A stretch of DNA of 63,221 bases, counting the filler, from Sphacelaria rigidula (Eukaryota), in NCBI GenBank assembly GCA_964200075.2. It is 9 parts of 9 records of this genome, joined end to end, with 100 filler letters (N's around TTAATTAATTAA, not from the genome) between each part and the next. Parts side by side here need not be neighbours in the genome. Positions count along the whole stretch, not along the records: positions 56,287 to 63,221 come from CAXNAA020017336.1; 8 more parts are not named here. One strand, 5' to 3'. Shown here piece after piece: positions 60,907 to 63,221 of this stretch. Every line of letters begins with the position of its first letter. Within the stretch, counting starts at the first letter, position 1. The position numbers were made by a program, and so were the translations under genes. The notes below the pieces were generated by a model. The model was not told the origin of the DNA and did no database searches. It saw nothing but the letters and a program-made list of their open reading frames with translations.

Positions 60907-62974
60907 ACGGGGTGTCGTAGCAACTCAAATATATACCAGATCGGGGGGGTGGGTGCTGGGAAGCAGCCAGGGCAGCGGCGGATGGAAGGGACACGTGGGC
61001 CGTGTCCGAAGGTGTTTCTTCTACAAGAGAAAATGTTCGAGCTCGAGCATATTTCCGTCGTACAGCAAAATAATACACTTTGCACTGATAAGGGGGGACA
61101 TGTGCACTAGAAAACCCTGCACGGTTACGGAACCAGTTCTCTCTCCTTGACAAGGGAGGGGGGGCATCTGATACTCCAAGAGGAAAACTCCATCGGGCCG
61201 GACTGAAGTCATGTCAAATCTCGTGGGGTGGTCATGCAAAACTCGTGGGCTTCCATCCGAGGGCAGGTTTTGTAGCTAAAACCATAATACTCCAGAGGGG
61301 AGTCATCTGTAGGTACAGGAAAACGTCAATCAGGCCGGACTGAAGTGATGTGGGCAAACATCGGGAAAGGCCAACTTTGGACCTACATCCGAAGCCCAAT
61401 TTCTTTGTGGAAGGCCATCGTGGTCGCGGGCTTACTTCCGCCAACTGTTTTGGAAGGCCAACAAGGTTGTGGTCTTACATCCGAAGGCAAAGTTGTAGTA
61501 GTACCTTGACGGAAAACAAAAATACATACACCATGGCAAGGAAATCGCGGGGGCGGCGTTGTCCCTGAATGGCGGAAATTAACTACTGTCGACTCGAATC
61601 AGTTGTGCCAACGTCAACAACGCGACGAACGGTATTTATGCGTGTGCTGTCACAGGGGCGCTATTGTTTCCACGACTAAGGGTTTAGTTTCCCAAATCTC
61701 AGAACCATGCTGCGCAGTGGGGTACCGCAGCATACAAAAGGGCGCCCGGGGGGGAGGTTTTTTTTTGCACATCTAGTAATATCTGGGGTGCTCGCCGAGG
61801 TACAGGGGAGGTTGAATTCGGCACAAAGCAAATCAGCTATATTCTACTACAGCATGAGCTGTCGAAACCAACTTTCAACCACCACAAATGTAGGAATGAC
61901 CGGCGGACACACAGTTTGCACAGGGCACAATGGCGCGTGCGATACCCTATTCGAAAGCAGAGTTGACACACTGTAGTGAGACAGAGTTACGGTTGGCTAC
62001 ATGCAGGTGCACAGAGTCACGGTTGACTACATGCACGAGGCGGAAGTTGGACGCAGTTCCGGCCAAATCGACCCGTGGTCGGGAAACCAACAAAGTGCGT
62101 CATCATGGCACTCACGCGGATGAAAACAAGCGGGAACATGACCAAGGGCAGCTACAGCAAATCGCTCAGCAGCTACAAGCAGTGCACCAACGGAGGGGTA
62201 AATAGGTATCACCAATACCCGAAGCGGGGGCAATGTACCCCAATCTTCACCACCAGTGTGCACAATACAACCGAGCCAAGAGTGGGCTGAGGCCCACGAC
62301 AGTCAGAATAGACCAGGGGCGCCCCATTAAATACAAGTGAAAACAATACGCAGAAAAATAAAAAAGAGTTACTCACTACAGTTGCAGAAAGACACAACGC
62401 CAAGCAACACGAAGACTTCCCAACCAAGCAGAACAAGGTCCGTTTATCGACACCAATTGTTATAAAGAGGGAGTAGCTAATGCACTAGCTGGGGTCTCTC
62501 AGTATGAGTGCCAGGAGATACCATGGTGCTAACCCACCAAGCTCCCACGTGGGCAACCTCACACAGACCTAGCTGTCCTTCCTTGACTTATCACGAAGTA
62601 GATTCATCCATGTTCAACTGTTGATCAAGAACTCACGTGTTTCATAGCCTCATGTTTTATCTACAATCAGCTTTCTTACTCAGTACAGCCGCAGGGCAGC
62701 CATAGGAGCAGAGCGTAGTGATGGCCCAGGGTAGACCATGGCAAGGGCAGTAACTAATTCAACTGCATAAGGACTCGTCTAGGATGGGCTAGTGTGATGA
62801 AGAGTATGCATTGCTGACGGGATAACAGACCTAAGACCTAGTGCACGGACAAACGGAGGGAAAGAGAGGCAGGAACAGACAAATGCTCGGAAGGGGAAGG
62901 AGAGGGGACACAGTGCACCGAAACAAATGGACGAAGTCCAAACCGGCAAGGGGCAGAACAATCAAGCAAGGGGA

Positions 62975-63221
62975 AGTAGAAGTAAGAGACACGGGAAGAA
63001 GATATGGAACACCAAGAGAGCAGATAAGGATTCGGGAAGTAAGTTGAGAATAGGATCGTGGAACTTGTGACGGTTCGCCACAGACAAGCGCAAACGGCAA
63101 GAGATAGCGCAACAAGTGAGTGAAACCGACTTGGAAATCGTTGGAATTCAAGAGTCATGGGAGAAAGAGGGGATAGAAATAGGATGCAAAGTTGAAGAGT
63201 ACGCATGGATAGGGAAAAAGC
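62975..63221 (+). mobile_element. Non-LTR retrotransposon (LINE) APE endonuclease N-terminus, decayed and truncated by the scaffold end
   Basis: From 63041: KLRIGSWNL*RFATDKRKRQEIAQQVSETDLEIVGIQESWEKEG...YAWIGKK (SWN and IQE motifs of EEP endonucleases). Missed by the ORF track. Confidence 0.85.

Overview
This is eukaryotic DNA, not a prokaryotic locus, and it is not one continuous region. It consists of nine unrelated scaffolds of 6936 bp (x6) and 6935 bp (x3), sorted by length and joined by identical 100-bp linkers (N44-TTAATTAATTAA-N44). The source is most likely a brown alga (Phaeophyceae). This is an inference from EsV-1-7 repeats, long TE-filled GT-AG introns, an IFT gene, a bipartite plastid-targeting-like N-terminus and TTAGGG repeats. 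Most ORFs in the supplied track are spurious, and real genes are spliced. By manual splice-site and phase analysis I recover five partial genes: (1) a protein with a TPX2-like Aurora-binding N-terminal motif, (2) a GTPBP1/2-family translational GTPase, (3) a PAO/TIC55-like Rieske oxygenase, (4) an EsV-1-7 cysteine-repeat protein and (5) WDR35/IFT121. The rest is mobile DNA: decayed Copia, Gypsy and LINE elements, solo LTRs, hAT-, piggyBac- and Harbinger-like MITEs, SINEs and unclassified repeats. I found no CRISPR array, rRNA, intact tRNA or intact transposase. No multi-gene system can be inferred across linkers. The most interesting signals are the TPX2-like motif on an otherwise unrecognised protein, a solo LTR with a perfect 73-bp flanking duplication, a ~55-bp high-copy element tied to G/C tracts, and a triple-hairpin region.
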